A DNA stretch of 64,000 nucleotides from an uncultured delta proteobacterium (GCA_963743305.1 CAVUPH010000026.1:38472-102471); one strand, 5' to 3'; shown: positions 20,417 to 32,467, numbered from the stretch's first letter. Notes: generated by a model from the letters alone, not told the origin. Numbers and translations are program-made.

Positions 20417-20516
20417 GGTTTCCCTTCGTTATCTGCCGATAGCCGTTGATGATTTGACGGCCATCGAAATTCACCGCGTCGTCCACGGCTCCCGCAATCT
20501 GACCGATATCATCTAA
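20406..20516 (+). pseudogene. RelE/ParE toxin remnant with in-frame internal deletion
   Basis: Reads MAGKVSLRYLPIAVDDLTAI-EIHRVVHGSRNLTDII*, i.e. the ParE-type N- and C-termini joined, only 36 aa. Confidence 0.7.
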
Positions 20517-20782
20517 AAAGCAGTCCCTTCTTTTCGTACCACTTCAAGTTTCCCCCGCAGCTCCGCCAGTTCTTTCTCCTGCTCCAAAAGAATGGAGACC
20601 AGAATGGTCTCCAGGGGCCAGGGCCGGGAGGCGTAGCTGCCGGCCTGGACGTGGATCCGGGCCCGGTCGAAGAGCCGGTCCAGGACCCGCTGGTCTTCCC
20701 GGCGCAGGGCCCGGCGGAATTTCTTCCAGTCCTCATATTCCCGCTCCAGGGCCTGGCTGAATGGCAGTACCGTCCTTCCCAT
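20513..20782 (-). CDS. Small alpha-helical protein of PolB2 operons (arCOG07300-like)
   Basis: MGRT..F...E...W..FRRALRREDQ..LDRLF..AR.H pattern, and context with iRadA and PolB2. Confidence 0.75.
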   Translation of the reverse strand: MGRTVLPFSQALEREYEDWKKFRRALRREDQRVLDRLFDRARIHVQAGSYASRPWPLETILVSILLEQEKELAELRGKLEVVRKEGTAF

Positions 20783-20804
20783 ACACTCCTCAAAGTCGAA
20801 ATTG

Positions 20805-20905
20805 CCCGCAAAGACGCAAAGGACGAAAAGAAGGAATTTTCTCCGGCTGTCGCCGGAGAAAAAATTCCTTTGCGCTCTTTGCGCCTTGAGCGAAGCGGGC
20901 GGTAA
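20805..20905. repeat. REP-like hairpin repeat
   Basis: CGCAAAGACGCAAAG pairs with CTTTGCGCTCTTTGCG; followed by GAGCGAAGCGGGCG. Confidence 0.55.
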
Positions 20906-20939
20906 AAATTTTCGTCCGCGGATGTCTGCGGCTAAAAAA

Positions 20940-21530
20940 CTACCCTCTGCGGGGCACCACGGCGGCTTGGTGCTGCAGCATCCCCTCGATGCCCTGCTCG
21001 CCGTAGCGCACCCGGATCACCATTTCCACCCGGGCGGCCAGTTCCCGGCCGTAAAAAAGGTTCTTGACCCGCGACGACACCGGCCCCTGGAAAAGGAATA
21101 CCCCCCTCCCCCGCCGCCCCAGAACGGCCAGGGAGGCCGCCACTCGTTTAAAAAGGTTCCGGCGCTCCGTCAAGGCCACCTGATCGTCGTAGAACAGGGC
21201 GCAAGGGCCGAGGACGAAGAGGGGTTCCCCCGGCCCGGTCGCGGGCAGGGTCTCACAGAGCAGGGTGACCAACTGATGGCAGGTAAAGGCCCGGCTCAGA
21301 CGGATACGCTCGAGCAGCGCCCGGGGGTCCAGCTCCCGGTAGCGGCTCATGCGGGCCACCAGGTAAGGGTCGAAGGACTGGGCGGCATCCACCAGGGTCA
21401 CGGGACTCCCCTGCAGGGCGACCCGACCGATGAGGTAGGCGGCCAGGCGGGGCATGGCCTCCCCGAAAAAAAGGATGCTCCGGCCGGTAAGGGCCAGACG
21501 GGTAATTTTTTGGAAAGGCAGTAAATCCAT
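20940..21530 (-). CDS. Inactivated RecA/RadA-like protein (iRadA/ImuA-like)
   Basis: VDAAQSFDPY...LLERIRLSRAFTCHQL; no intact Walker A. Confidence 0.75.
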   Translation of the reverse strand: MDLLPFQKITRLALTGRSILFFGEAMPRLAAYLIGRVALQGSPVTLVDAAQSFDPYLVARMSRYRELDPRALLERIRLSRAFTCHQLVTLLCETLPATGPGEPLFVLGPCALFYDDQVALTERRNLFKRVAASLAVLGRRGRGVFLFQGPVSSRVKNLFYGRELAARVEMVIRVRYGEQGIEGMLQHQAAVVPRRG

Positions 21531-21537
21531 GGCTCAA

Positions 21538-21721
21538 AAGACGCGGGGCGCAGAGCGCAAAAAAAACTCCAAAGCTGTCGAGAACGAAACAAGAAATCTC
21601 GTTGAAGCTTCCAAAAACCGAGATCCTACGCGGAGTCTACCCCGCGCCGAGATCGTCTTCTCTTCGCCAGGATGACTTCCGGCAGTTACGCTCTGCGCCC
21701 TGCGCTCAGCGCTTTGCGTCT
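21538..21721. repeat. Composite hairpin repeat between lexA and iRadA
   Basis: AAGACGC..GGGCGCAGAGCG pairs with CGCTCTGCGCCC..GCGTCTT. Confidence 0.5.
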
Positions 21722-22327
21722 TTATGGTACCGGCCGGTAGATCCCGATCACCTGCCCGACGACCCCCAAATCGGCCAGATTTTTCCGTTCGATGGTCAAG
21801 GGCTCGAATTCCGGATTGTCTCCTTTGAGGACCACCCGATCCCCTTCCCGGTGCCAGCGCTTCAAGGTCACCTCGTTATCCAGGCGGAAGACCCCCACCG
21901 CCCCTTCAGGTAGGCGCTCCTGGCGGCGGACGATCACCTGGTCTCCCGAGAGAATGGTGGGACGCATACTCTCGCCCTGGACTCGCAACAGAAAGACCTC
22001 CTCCCCTTTGGCCCAGTCCGCCGGCAGGGTTACCTGGTCTTCCGCTTCTTCGAGGACCAGCCGGGGGCCGCCGGCGGCAACGGCCCCGTACCGTGAAATG
22101 GTGCGCAGCGGACCAGGAACCGGCTTCAAGCTCAGGCCCCGGGAGCGGTTCGGCTCCCGCTTCAGACGGCCCTTCCGAATCAGGGCCTTCAGGTGGTCCT
22201 GGACAGAGCCCGGGTAGATCCGGAAGTGGGCGGCCACCTCCCGCCGTGAAGGCGGATACCCGTGCCGTTCCTGGAAATCCCGGAGGTAATCCAGGATCTC
22301 CTGCTGGCGGGAAGTCAATTCATCCAT
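21722..22327 (-). CDS. lexA: LexA repressor
   Basis: LTSRQQEILDYL..GYPPSRREV HTH, VAAG cleavage site, catalytic Ser (GESM) and Lys (TLKR). Confidence 0.9.
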   Translation of the reverse strand: MDELTSRQQEILDYLRDFQERHGYPPSRREVAAHFRIYPGSVQDHLKALIRKGRLKREPNRSRGLSLKPVPGPLRTISRYGAVAAGGPRLVLEEAEDQVTLPADWAKGEEVFLLRVQGESMRPTILSGDQVIVRRQERLPEGAVGVFRLDNEVTLKRWHREGDRVVLKGDNPEFEPLTIERKNLADLGVVGQVIGIYRPVP

Positions 22328-22334
22328 GGGTTAT

Positions 22335-22363
22335 CCGATACCATACATTTGTATGGTTGTCAA
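22335..22363 (-). promoter_or_regulatory. lexA promoter with palindromic operator
   Basis: TTGACA (22363-22358), 17 bp, TATCGG, 7 bp, ATG. The spacer is filled by the palindrome ACCATACA-N2-TGTATGGT (22340-22357). Confidence 0.7.
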
Positions 22364-22451
22364 GGAGAAATCAAATTTTTCTGGAGGGCGCGTATTAAAA
22401 CCCCCCAGGCCCGGGGCGGGAACCCCGAAGTATGGAAATAACAGATCCCCA

Positions 22452-22549
22452 GTCATTGCGAGGAGAGAAGCGACGAAGCAATCCCCGAGGCAGTTTACAA
22501 ACCTTTCCTATACTCGACCGGGGGATTGCTTCGCTTCGCTCGCAATGAC
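22452..22549. repeat. REP-type hairpin (GTCATTGCGAG...CTCGCAATGAC family)
   Basis: Same core as the elements at 30.8 kb and 31.9 kb. Confidence 0.8.
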
Positions 22550-22597
22550 ATCGGTCTTGGAGACCGAGTCGGTCGGAGTGCTTATTGGCCTGGAAGG

Positions 22598-23434
22598 CTA
22601 TTTTTGCATTAACCAGTCGATGATCAGCCCGGCGGTTTCTTCGGGGAGTTCTTCCTGAGGGGCATGGCCGCAATGGGGGATAATGCGCAGGGTGGAATGG
22701 GGGAGATCCCGGTCCAAACGCCGGCCGACGGGGAGTTTTACCCAGGGGTCATCCTCCCCCCAGATCAGCAAGGTGGGGATATCAATGGCGGGAAGACGTT
22801 GGTCGTACCGGCTCAAAATTTTGAAATCCAGAGAACGAACCAGTGCGATCTGGGCCTCCAGGCAGCCGGGGGACTTCAGCCGTTCATAATAGGCATCGAT
22901 CCTTTCATCGCTGACCCGCTCCTGGTGGCAAAAGGCCTGTTTCATGGCCAGCTTGATCAGCCAGCGTTTGAAAACGATTCTGGACAATTCCTTCGAAAAA
23001 GGCAGTTTGGCCAAGCGAAAAACCCAGGGAAGTTTTTTTAAATAGGCCGCCGCGTCGATCAAAACCAGCCGATTGATCCGGTCCGGGTTTTCCAGGGCCA
23101 GGAGCAGCGCCAGCGAGCCTCCCAGCGAATTGCCCACAAAAATAACCGTCCGCAGTTCCAAGGTTTCCAGCCAGCGATCGATCTCGTCTCTCAGGGTAAA
23201 CAAATCATATTCGGAAGCGGCCGGCTTGTCCGACCAGCCGGAACCCTTCAGGTCGAGGGCATAGACCCGGTAGCCTGCCGCCTGTAGCAGCGGGGCCAGC
23301 GCTTCCCAGGAGTAGGTCGAGGAACCCAGGCCATGCAGCAGGAAGATCGTTTGCCCCGCTGCCGGGTATTTCAGGTAGTGATAGTTCACTCCCCGGATGG
23401 TAATAAATTGACTTTGGGGATGGTTCTTTTTCAT
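22598..23434 (-). CDS. Alpha/beta hydrolase
   Basis: LHGLG, GNSLGG nucleophile, WGEDD, CGHAP. Confidence 0.9.
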   Translation of the reverse strand: MKKNHPQSQFITIRGVNYHYLKYPAAGQTIFLLHGLGSSTYSWEALAPLLQAAGYRVYALDLKGSGWSDKPAASEYDLFTLRDEIDRWLETLELRTVIFVGNSLGGSLALLLALENPDRINRLVLIDAAAYLKKLPWVFRLAKLPFSKELSRIVFKRWLIKLAMKQAFCHQERVSDERIDAYYERLKSPGCLEAQIALVRSLDFKILSRYDQRLPAIDIPTLLIWGEDDPWVKLPVGRRLDRDLPHSTLRIIPHCGHAPQEELPEETAGLIIDWLMQK

Positions 23435-25131
23435 TTCTGACGCAGGGCTTTCTTGTCCACCTTCCCCACCGGGGTCAGCGGGAGGGAATCAACGAATTCA
23501 ATAATCTTGGGCACCTTGTAGGGAGACAGGTTCTCCCGAGCGAAATTCAGGATTTCCTGTTTGAGCGTCTCTTCCGGCCGGTCTTTGGCAGCCGGGGATC
23601 TTTGAACCACCAGCTTGACCAGTTCACTGCCCGGCCGCTGGGGATTGGGAACACCGACGATGGCGCACAGGTCCACCGCCGGGTGGTCATAGAGTTTTTC
23701 TTCCACTTCCCGGGAGAAGACCTTAAAGCCCCCCACGTTGAGCATATCCTTGGCCCGGTCCACCAGGGTGAAATACCCGGCTTCATCCATGCGGGCCACG
23801 TCGCCGGTATGCATCCAGACTTCTCCCTGAAATTCACGCAGGGCATGGGCGGTTTCCTCCGGCCGGTTGAGATAGCCTTTCATCACCTGCGGGCCTTGAA
23901 TGATAAGCTCCCCTTCCTCCCCGATGGGCACCTCCCGGCTCCCGGTTTCCAGGTCGGCCAGCTTCACGCGCGTATTGGGCAGAGGCAGTCCGATGGTGCC
24001 GATTTTCTTTTGGCCCAAATGAGGGTTGCAGGTGATCAGCGGACTGGTTTCCGTCATCCCGTACACTTCCACGACTTTCCCGGTGCCCACGATTGCTTCC
24101 AGCGCCCGGATGGATTCCACAGGAAAAGGAGCGGCCCCGGACAGACAGAAAGTCAATTGGCTGAAATCGAGTTTCCGAAACTTCGGGTTCTCCATCAACA
24201 TCAAATAGAGGGTCGGTACATTGACCAGGATGGTGGGCCGGTACCGGCCGATTTCCCGACAAAGGTGGTCCGTATCCCGGGGGTTGGGGATCAGGACCTG
24301 GGTGCCGCCCAGGGCCAGGGTGGTCATGGCCAGCATTAATCCCGCCAGATGGAAAAAGGGGAATCCGGATAAAATGATCTCTCCCCCCGAACCCATATGC
24401 AACCAGGTTCTGGCCTGTATGATATTGGCCACCAGGTTGCGATGGGTCAGCATGGTCCCTTTGGGGAGACCGGTGGTGCCCCCCGTGTATTGAATCAGAC
24501 AGACGGCCTCCGCGGGGATTTTTGAATCTATCGGTAACGAGGGGTACCGGTCCATGACCCTCATGAAAGGGATCACGGTTTTATCAGGCAGGTCGAAGAC
24601 CCTTCCCGTGGGGACTTTTTTAATTTTTTTCCCCAGGAACTGTTTCCAGCGGGGGAGGAAATCCAGGATCCCGGTCGGGCAAATCGTCCGGAGGTCCGGC
24701 AGTTCCTGGTGGATGGGGACCAGGCGTTTTTCAAAGATGGCATCCAGCGTCACCAGCACCTTGGCGCGGCTGTCTTTCAATTGGTAGGCCATCTCTTTCC
24801 CGGTATGAAGGGGCGAAAGGCCGGTGACGGCACACCCGGCCAGGATGGCGCCGATATGGGCGATGAGGTACTGGGGGATGTTGGGCAAATTGACGGCCAC
24901 CACGTCCCCGGGTTGGCAGCCCTGCCCCCGGAGCATATGGGCGAATTTCAAGGCCCGGTTTTGGAATTCCTGGAAAGTGGTGGTCAGACCCATAAAATGA
25001 TAAGCGGTTTTCTTGGGGAAACGCTGGAAGGTTTCCTGAAGCAGATCCGGATAGGATTGATCGGGGATGGGGATTTCAGGTCGAACATCCGCGTCATAAG
25101 AAGACAGCCACGGTCGGTCGTCGTAGTTCAT
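23431..25131 (-). CDS. Long-chain fatty acid-CoA ligase (AMP-binding)
   Basis: YTGGTTGLPKG, YGMTE, TGD and GKVDKKALR. The start at MNYDDRPW has an RBS. Confidence 0.92.
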   Translation of the reverse strand: MNYDDRPWLSSYDADVRPEIPIPDQSYPDLLQETFQRFPKKTAYHFMGLTTTFQEFQNRALKFAHMLRGQGCQPGDVVAVNLPNIPQYLIAHIGAILAGCAVTGLSPLHTGKEMAYQLKDSRAKVLVTLDAIFEKRLVPIHQELPDLRTICPTGILDFLPRWKQFLGKKIKKVPTGRVFDLPDKTVIPFMRVMDRYPSLPIDSKIPAEAVCLIQYTGGTTGLPKGTMLTHRNLVANIIQARTWLHMGSGGEIILSGFPFFHLAGLMLAMTTLALGGTQVLIPNPRDTDHLCREIGRYRPTILVNVPTLYLMLMENPKFRKLDFSQLTFCLSGAAPFPVESIRALEAIVGTGKVVEVYGMTETSPLITCNPHLGQKKIGTIGLPLPNTRVKLADLETGSREVPIGEEGELIIQGPQVMKGYLNRPEETAHALREFQGEVWMHTGDVARMDEAGYFTLVDRAKDMLNVGGFKVFSREVEEKLYDHPAVDLCAIVGVPNPQRPGSELVKLVVQRSPAAKDRPEETLKQEILNFARENLSPYKVPKIIEFVDSLPLTPVGKVDKKALRQK

Positions 25132-25254
25132 AATGGCCCTCCTGGGAAAAGGGAAGCGGTTGACTACGAAAAAAACGGGTTGACTTTTGAAATGACGGCT
25201 AAGATTAGACACGTTTTGAATAGGTTATCAAGAGAAATTATTCCCTGATACTAT

Positions 25255-25283
25255 TTGACATACGAAAAACTAACCCCTATAGT
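25255..25283 (+). promoter_or_regulatory. Sigma70-type promoter
   Basis: TTGACA-17 bp-TATAGT. Confidence 0.6.
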
Positions 25284-25352
25284 CGCGAATTAAATAGTAT
25301 TCTGTATGCAATTAAATCCACATTCGCTGAACCTGCTCTTACTCGGGTTCCG

Positions 25353-25368
25353 TGGCAACATAATTGCT
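25353..25368 (+). promoter_or_regulatory. Sigma54 (-24/-12) promoter upstream of the hydrogenase
   Basis: TGGCAACATAATTGCT, GG-N10-GC. Confidence 0.6.
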
Positions 25369-25428
25369 TTGCAAGATAATAGCAGGGACCGTTGACGAGG
25401 CTTACTATCGTTCTCAGGAGGGTGAACA

Positions 25429-28186
<2,758 letters not shown>

Positions 28187-28237
28187 TATTTCCCCTCGCC
28201 GGCCTTTGAAGAACATGCCTCCAAAAGCTGGAAAAAC

Positions 28238-28744
28238 ATGAGTGCAGTTAACCCGGCCAGGGTTCTTGTGCTGGGTCTGGGGAACGTACTACTGCAGGAT
28301 GAAGGTCTAGGGGTCAGGGCCTTGAAGTGCCTGGTGGATCAATACCGGTTTCCCGACAACGTGCGGATCATGGACGGGGGCACGTTGGGGATGCATTTAT
28401 TCCCCCATTTGGACGGTTGCACCCATCTCCTGATACTGGATGCCGTGGAAACGGGCAGCTCCCCGGGGACCTCGGCTCGATTAGAAGGACCGGATCTTGA
28501 GCAGGCTCTCTCTCGAAAACTTTCCATGCACCAGGCGGGGGTTTCCGAACTGCTGGCGGTGGGCCGCCTGGTGGGTAATCTTCCGGCGCAGGTGGTGGTC
28601 TGCGGCCTTCAGCCGGAAAACGTGGAATGGGGACTCGACCTTTCGCCCGCGATTGCCGGGCAGATGGACCGCCTGGTAAGCCTGGCCATCGAAGAACTGC
28701 GCCGCTGGGGAATCCCGGTGAAACGGAACTCCGGGGAATCTTAA
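28238..28744 (+). CDS. Hydrogenase maturation protease, HyaD/HybD family
   Basis: LGLGNVLLQDEGLG, DGGT, LDAV and SMHQ motifs. Confidence 0.92.
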   Translation: MSAVNPARVLVLGLGNVLLQDEGLGVRALKCLVDQYRFPDNVRIMDGGTLGMHLFPHLDGCTHLLILDAVETGSSPGTSARLEGPDLEQALSRKLSMHQAGVSELLAVGRLVGNLPAQVVVCGLQPENVEWGLDLSPAIAGQMDRLVSLAIEELRRWGIPVKRNSGES

Positions 28745-28889
28745 CCAAATCAAAAGATAACTGCGGCCAAAGTAACCATGAAAAAACGGCGATCTATCTC
28801 TTCGGGGCTCTGTGATTGATGATATAAGATGGAACTGAGCCCTTCCTGACCGACGTCCTGAGGAATTATTAGAAAAAAAGGAGGAACTC

Positions 28890-29664
28890 ATGTCAAAGCA
28901 CTGCGATCAAATTGCATGAAACGCTGATGAAATACGGGCGGCTGGCGACCCTCCCGGTAGGCGTGAAGCTGGCGAAGAAAGGCGATCAGGCCCCGGAGAA
29001 AATACGTTACCCCTTAAAGGACCTCGGGCACCGGCTGGCCGTGTGTCAGGGGATGACCGCGGCCCGCACCCTGGGTTGGACCATGGGTTTCAGGAAGGAA
29101 GATCACGGTTGCCCCCTGCCTCATGTTTTTCTGGGCCAGGTAGCGCCGGATATCTTTTTGGACGGTGCGATTGCCGGTCCCTATCAAAATGACCCGGAGT
29201 TCGCCAAGTCCATGGAAGCCACCTATCCTCGCTGGCCCTTTGGGACCTATCAGGAGGTTTGGCTTTCTCCTTTGAATAAGGGCGAATTCGCACCGGACTT
29301 GGCGGTGGTCTATGGAAATCCCGCGCAGATCCTGGCCTTGATCCAAGCCGCCAATTTCCAAAAAGGGACGGGGCTTAGATCCTCCAGCACCGGGCGACTG
29401 GGTTGTTCCCTATGGCTGGCCGGGGTGGTCCAGACCGGAGAGTCGACCTACATGGTCCCCGGGCCCGGGGAAAGGGTCTTTGCCGGAACGCAGGACCAGG
29501 AAATGTCCTTCGCCGTGCCGTCCTCCGATTTTGAACGTCTGATGGCCGGGTTGGAGTACATCGGCCAGAAAGGGGCCTACCGCTACCCGGTCCCGAACCT
29601 GTCGGCCCTGTCCGAGCCGAAGATTCCTCAGAATTATTTTCAGATCGCTCCGGCGGCCGAATGA
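28890..29664 (+). CDS. DUF169 family protein (5' frameshift)
   Basis: PVGVK, CQ..T.AR, DHGC, YGNPAQ and PGPGER. RBS and ATG at 28890 are out of frame with the main ORF. Confidence 0.7.
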
Positions 29665-29764
29665 GCTGAAAGCCGGCCGGCGTAGCGGATGATTTCGGAA
29701 GTTTCTCAGGGATAGGTGGCCCAACGCTTATGAGGGGCTGGCTGGAGTTCCTTCTGCCGCGTAG

Positions 29765-30752
29765 TTATCCGGCCACCTTTCTCAACGCTTCCAGAAGATT
29801 GTCCTCGAGGTCAATGGTTCCGGAGGCCCGGCTTTCGGCGGCCTGACGGTTGCCCCGTTCCCCGGGCACGAAGATTTCTTCGATCCCGGGCAGCTTTTTC
29901 GTCGCCTTTACGTTTTCGATCAGGGTGCTCACGTTGTTGATGAAGGCGTCGCGATCCCCAAAGAGATCGGGATCGATAGCCAGCACGAGGTGCCCCCAAT
30001 TCTTCCCGGGGTCCCCTACCCCGGCGCAGGCGGCGCCTACCAGCGGACCGGCGAGGATCTCGATGATCAGGGCCAGGCCGGCCCCTTTGTACCCCCGGTC
30101 GAAAGACCGGATCGCCCCTTTGATCGCCAGAGAAGGATCGGTGGTAGGGTTGCCGGCCGGATCATACGCCACATCATCGGGGATACTTTTACCGGCCGTT
30201 TGGGCTTCGACGAGCCCGTAAAAGGCCATGGCGGCCGTGGACATGTCCAGAACGATCGGACCGGGTTTCGCGGGAATCCCCACGGCCAGAGGATTGGTGC
30301 CGAAGATCGGCTGAAAGGACCCGGCCGTGGCCACCCGCGGCGGTGAACTGGCAAAGACCAGCCCCACGAGGCCCTGGCCGGCGATCTCGGAGGCGACATA
30401 GCCGATGGCGCCCGAGGACGTAGAGGTGTTGAAAGTACCGACGATGCCGATACCGCCGGCCCTGGCTTTTTCCAACACCACGTCCAGCGCCTTTTTGACC
30501 ACCACCATGGCCTGGTTCTGGTTTCCGTTTATTTTAGCCGATAGGGCGGTTTCCCTTTCAATCGTTATGGCCCCGGCCTTCGGGTCTTTGGGTATGCCTT
30601 TCCCGATGAGCTTGACCACCCCTTGATTGTTGCCCCGCAGTTGGGCATAGAGCAACATTTCCCGGATCGTGGCGGTTTCGGCCTCGTCATAGCCGTAGTT
30701 CTTCAGGGCCTTGGTCGGTCAGGGCTTCTAATTCTTTCAGTTCAATCTTCAT
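29765..30752 (-). CDS. Ldh_2 family (type 2 malate/L-lactate dehydrogenase-like) oxidoreductase (5' frameshift)
   Basis: FGTNPLAVGIP, VLDMST, GYKGAGLAL, PGERG. Confidence 0.85.
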
Positions 30753-30787
30753 CCGAATCTCCTATCTCCAATGCTGTAACTCAATAA

Positions 30788-30932
30788 TGATGGTTTCGCA
30801 AAAAGTCTCCGGCGCTGTCATTGCGAGGAGTGAAGCGACGAAGCAATCCCCAAGAATCAGCTAGTTACCATGGTGGGGATTGCTTCGCTTCGCTCGCAAT
30901 GACAGGTTTTTAGACTTTTTGCGAGGTTATCA
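30788..30932. mobile_element. MITE with REP core, copy A
   Basis: Terminal IRs TGATGGTTTCGCAAAAAGTC and GACTTTTTGCGAGGTTATCA enclose TGTCATTGCGAG...CTCGCAATGACA. Confidence 0.75.
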
Positions 30933-31195
30933 ATGATGTTGCTTTCCGGGTTGGGACAATAGACATTGGAATACTGGTAGATTTCAAGCGTCGGTCCTTC
31001 TTCTCCGTACCCGGGAAGCCTCAAATGGGCGCCCGAGAATTGGGCATTGGCCACGCCGGTACCTTTACTCAGCCATTCACCTCCGAGATGGCGCTCCGGT
31101 GGCACCGGGGTACAGCCGAACACCTCTTCATAAAATTGAGCAAGCCGGCGCCAGTCCGCTGCCACTATGTTTGCGTGCTTGAATTTTGTTTTCAT
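30933..31195 (-). pseudogene. VOC/glyoxalase family remnant
   Basis: KHANIVAADWRRLAQFYEEVFGC...PTLEIYQY jumps to the C-terminal VYCPNPESNII, then the MITE interrupts it. Confidence 0.65.
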
Positions 31196-31372
31196 ATTCA
31201 TTTAGCATCATACGTAGCTGGGGAACTGAATATTCACTATTTGATGGGACGGCCAAACGGCATTCTTCGAAAACCATAAATTGATGACGTGCCCTGAATA
31301 GGGGCCATCAAAATCAAGCTTTCGTAATCGTCCAATGAACTCTCGGCGTTTACCGGGCTGCCATCGACTCAT
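31196..31372 (-). pseudogene. HicA toxin remnant
   Basis: MSRWQPGKRREFIGRLRKLDFDGPYSG, frameshift, then RHQFMV...AVPSNSEYSVPQLRMML; truncated. Confidence 0.65.
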
Positions 31373-31619
31373 TGGTCGGCTCCCTAGTCAAGTCACATCC
31401 CGCCAAAACTGGAATGGGATGACCTAATTTCAAGCCGACCAATACCCAATCTTCAAGGGTAGAACGCAATTCGTCTTCACACTTTCGTAAGGTTTTACCG
31501 AAAGCGATGACTCCTCTGCAGGATGGAATACGGCCTGAAAATGTTCCATCTTCAAGCTTGTCATATTCTGCTTGAGATAGAGCGTTTTCAATATAACCCG
31601 TGAGAATAAATTGCAACAT
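31350..31619 (-). CDS. HicB family antitoxin
   Basis: AEYDKLEDGTFSGRIPSCRGVIAFGKTL...LEDWVLVGLKLGHPIP. Confidence 0.85.
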   Translation of the reverse strand: MLQFILTGYIENALSQAEYDKLEDGTFSGRIPSCRGVIAFGKTLRKCEDELRSTLEDWVLVGLKLGHPIPVLAGCDLTREPTNESMAAR

Positions 31620-31873
31620 TCAAGTTTACCCCCTTAATTTAATATGTTTTATTTAAGAACAAGAATGAGCCACATTCCAATTCTTATCAAGCAAAATAAG
31701 AACATATTAGGGTAATGCGGCGTAGCCCCGAGGCCCGAAGCGTGCGGGGGCCGAAGGCCCCATCGACTCGGGGACATCGTGGTCCAATGGCCCGGTTGGC
31801 GCAGCCATAGGTGGAGCCGACCGGGCCATTGACCCGTCAAGCGGGGATCATTCCGGATATCATGATTCTCACG

Positions 31874-32018
31874 AGACAACCTCGCAAAAAGTCCAAAAAC
31901 CTGTCATTGCGAGCGATGCGAAGCAATCCCCACCATAGTAACTAGCTGATTCTTGGGGATTGCTTCGTCGCTTCACTCCTCGCAATGACAGCACTGGGGG
32001 CTTTTTGCGAACATATCT
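31874..32018. mobile_element. MITE with REP core, copy B (inverted relative to copy A)
   Basis: The internal sequence is the reverse complement of 30788-30932, including the loop. Confidence 0.75.
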
Positions 32019-32065
32019 CACGAAATCAATAATATTCGGGGGATTCCTGATTCCGATCCACCCAG

Positions 32066-32326
32066 TCATGATCCCTTCTCCCGGCTCCAGATCCGCTCGC
32101 CGTCTTTATAGACTTCCCTGATCCGGTGGAAGGGGATGGTAACTACCTCCCCTTCAGGTGTTTGCAGATCAAAAGAGAAGCTGTTTCCCTGCTCGAAGTG
32201 GACCTCACCCATGGAAACCCGGATTATGATTCCCTCTCGGTGATCGAAGTAGCCGATCTCAAAGCTACCCCGGCCGAAGTCCCTGTCCCAGCGGATCCGG
32301 CTTAGAAGCTCGTGTATCGGGGTCAT
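32066..32326 (-). CDS. DUF504/MJ1316-like RNA-repair-associated domain protein
   Basis: PIHELLSRIRWD...IGYFD...IPFHRIREVYKDG..IW.R. Confidence 0.8.
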   Translation of the reverse strand: MTPIHELLSRIRWDRDFGRGSFEIGYFDHREGIIIRVSMGEVHFEQGNSFSFDLQTPEGEVVTIPFHRIREVYKDGERIWSREKGS

Positions 32327-32467
32327 GATTTCTTATTAAACCCCCATGCCCGGGGCGGCACCCGCGAAGCATGAAAATTTATGTTTATTCAATTTGTTTG
32401 GCGCCTGCCGTTTTCCTCAGGCTTGGGCGCATAACCGCTCCCGCCGTTTTTCCTCATCATTTTCAGA

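Noticed and set aside
9891-22327. Prophage or polinton-like element suggested by PolB plus a repressor
   Set aside because: No structural, terminase or integrase genes. The polymerase is PolB2-type and the repressor looks like LexA.
22326-22673. Short ORFs over REP elements (also 12085-12279, 12313-12591, 31869-32069)
   Set aside because: They are translations of repeat DNA (VIARREATKQS, CHCERSEAI, MLSLSKH).
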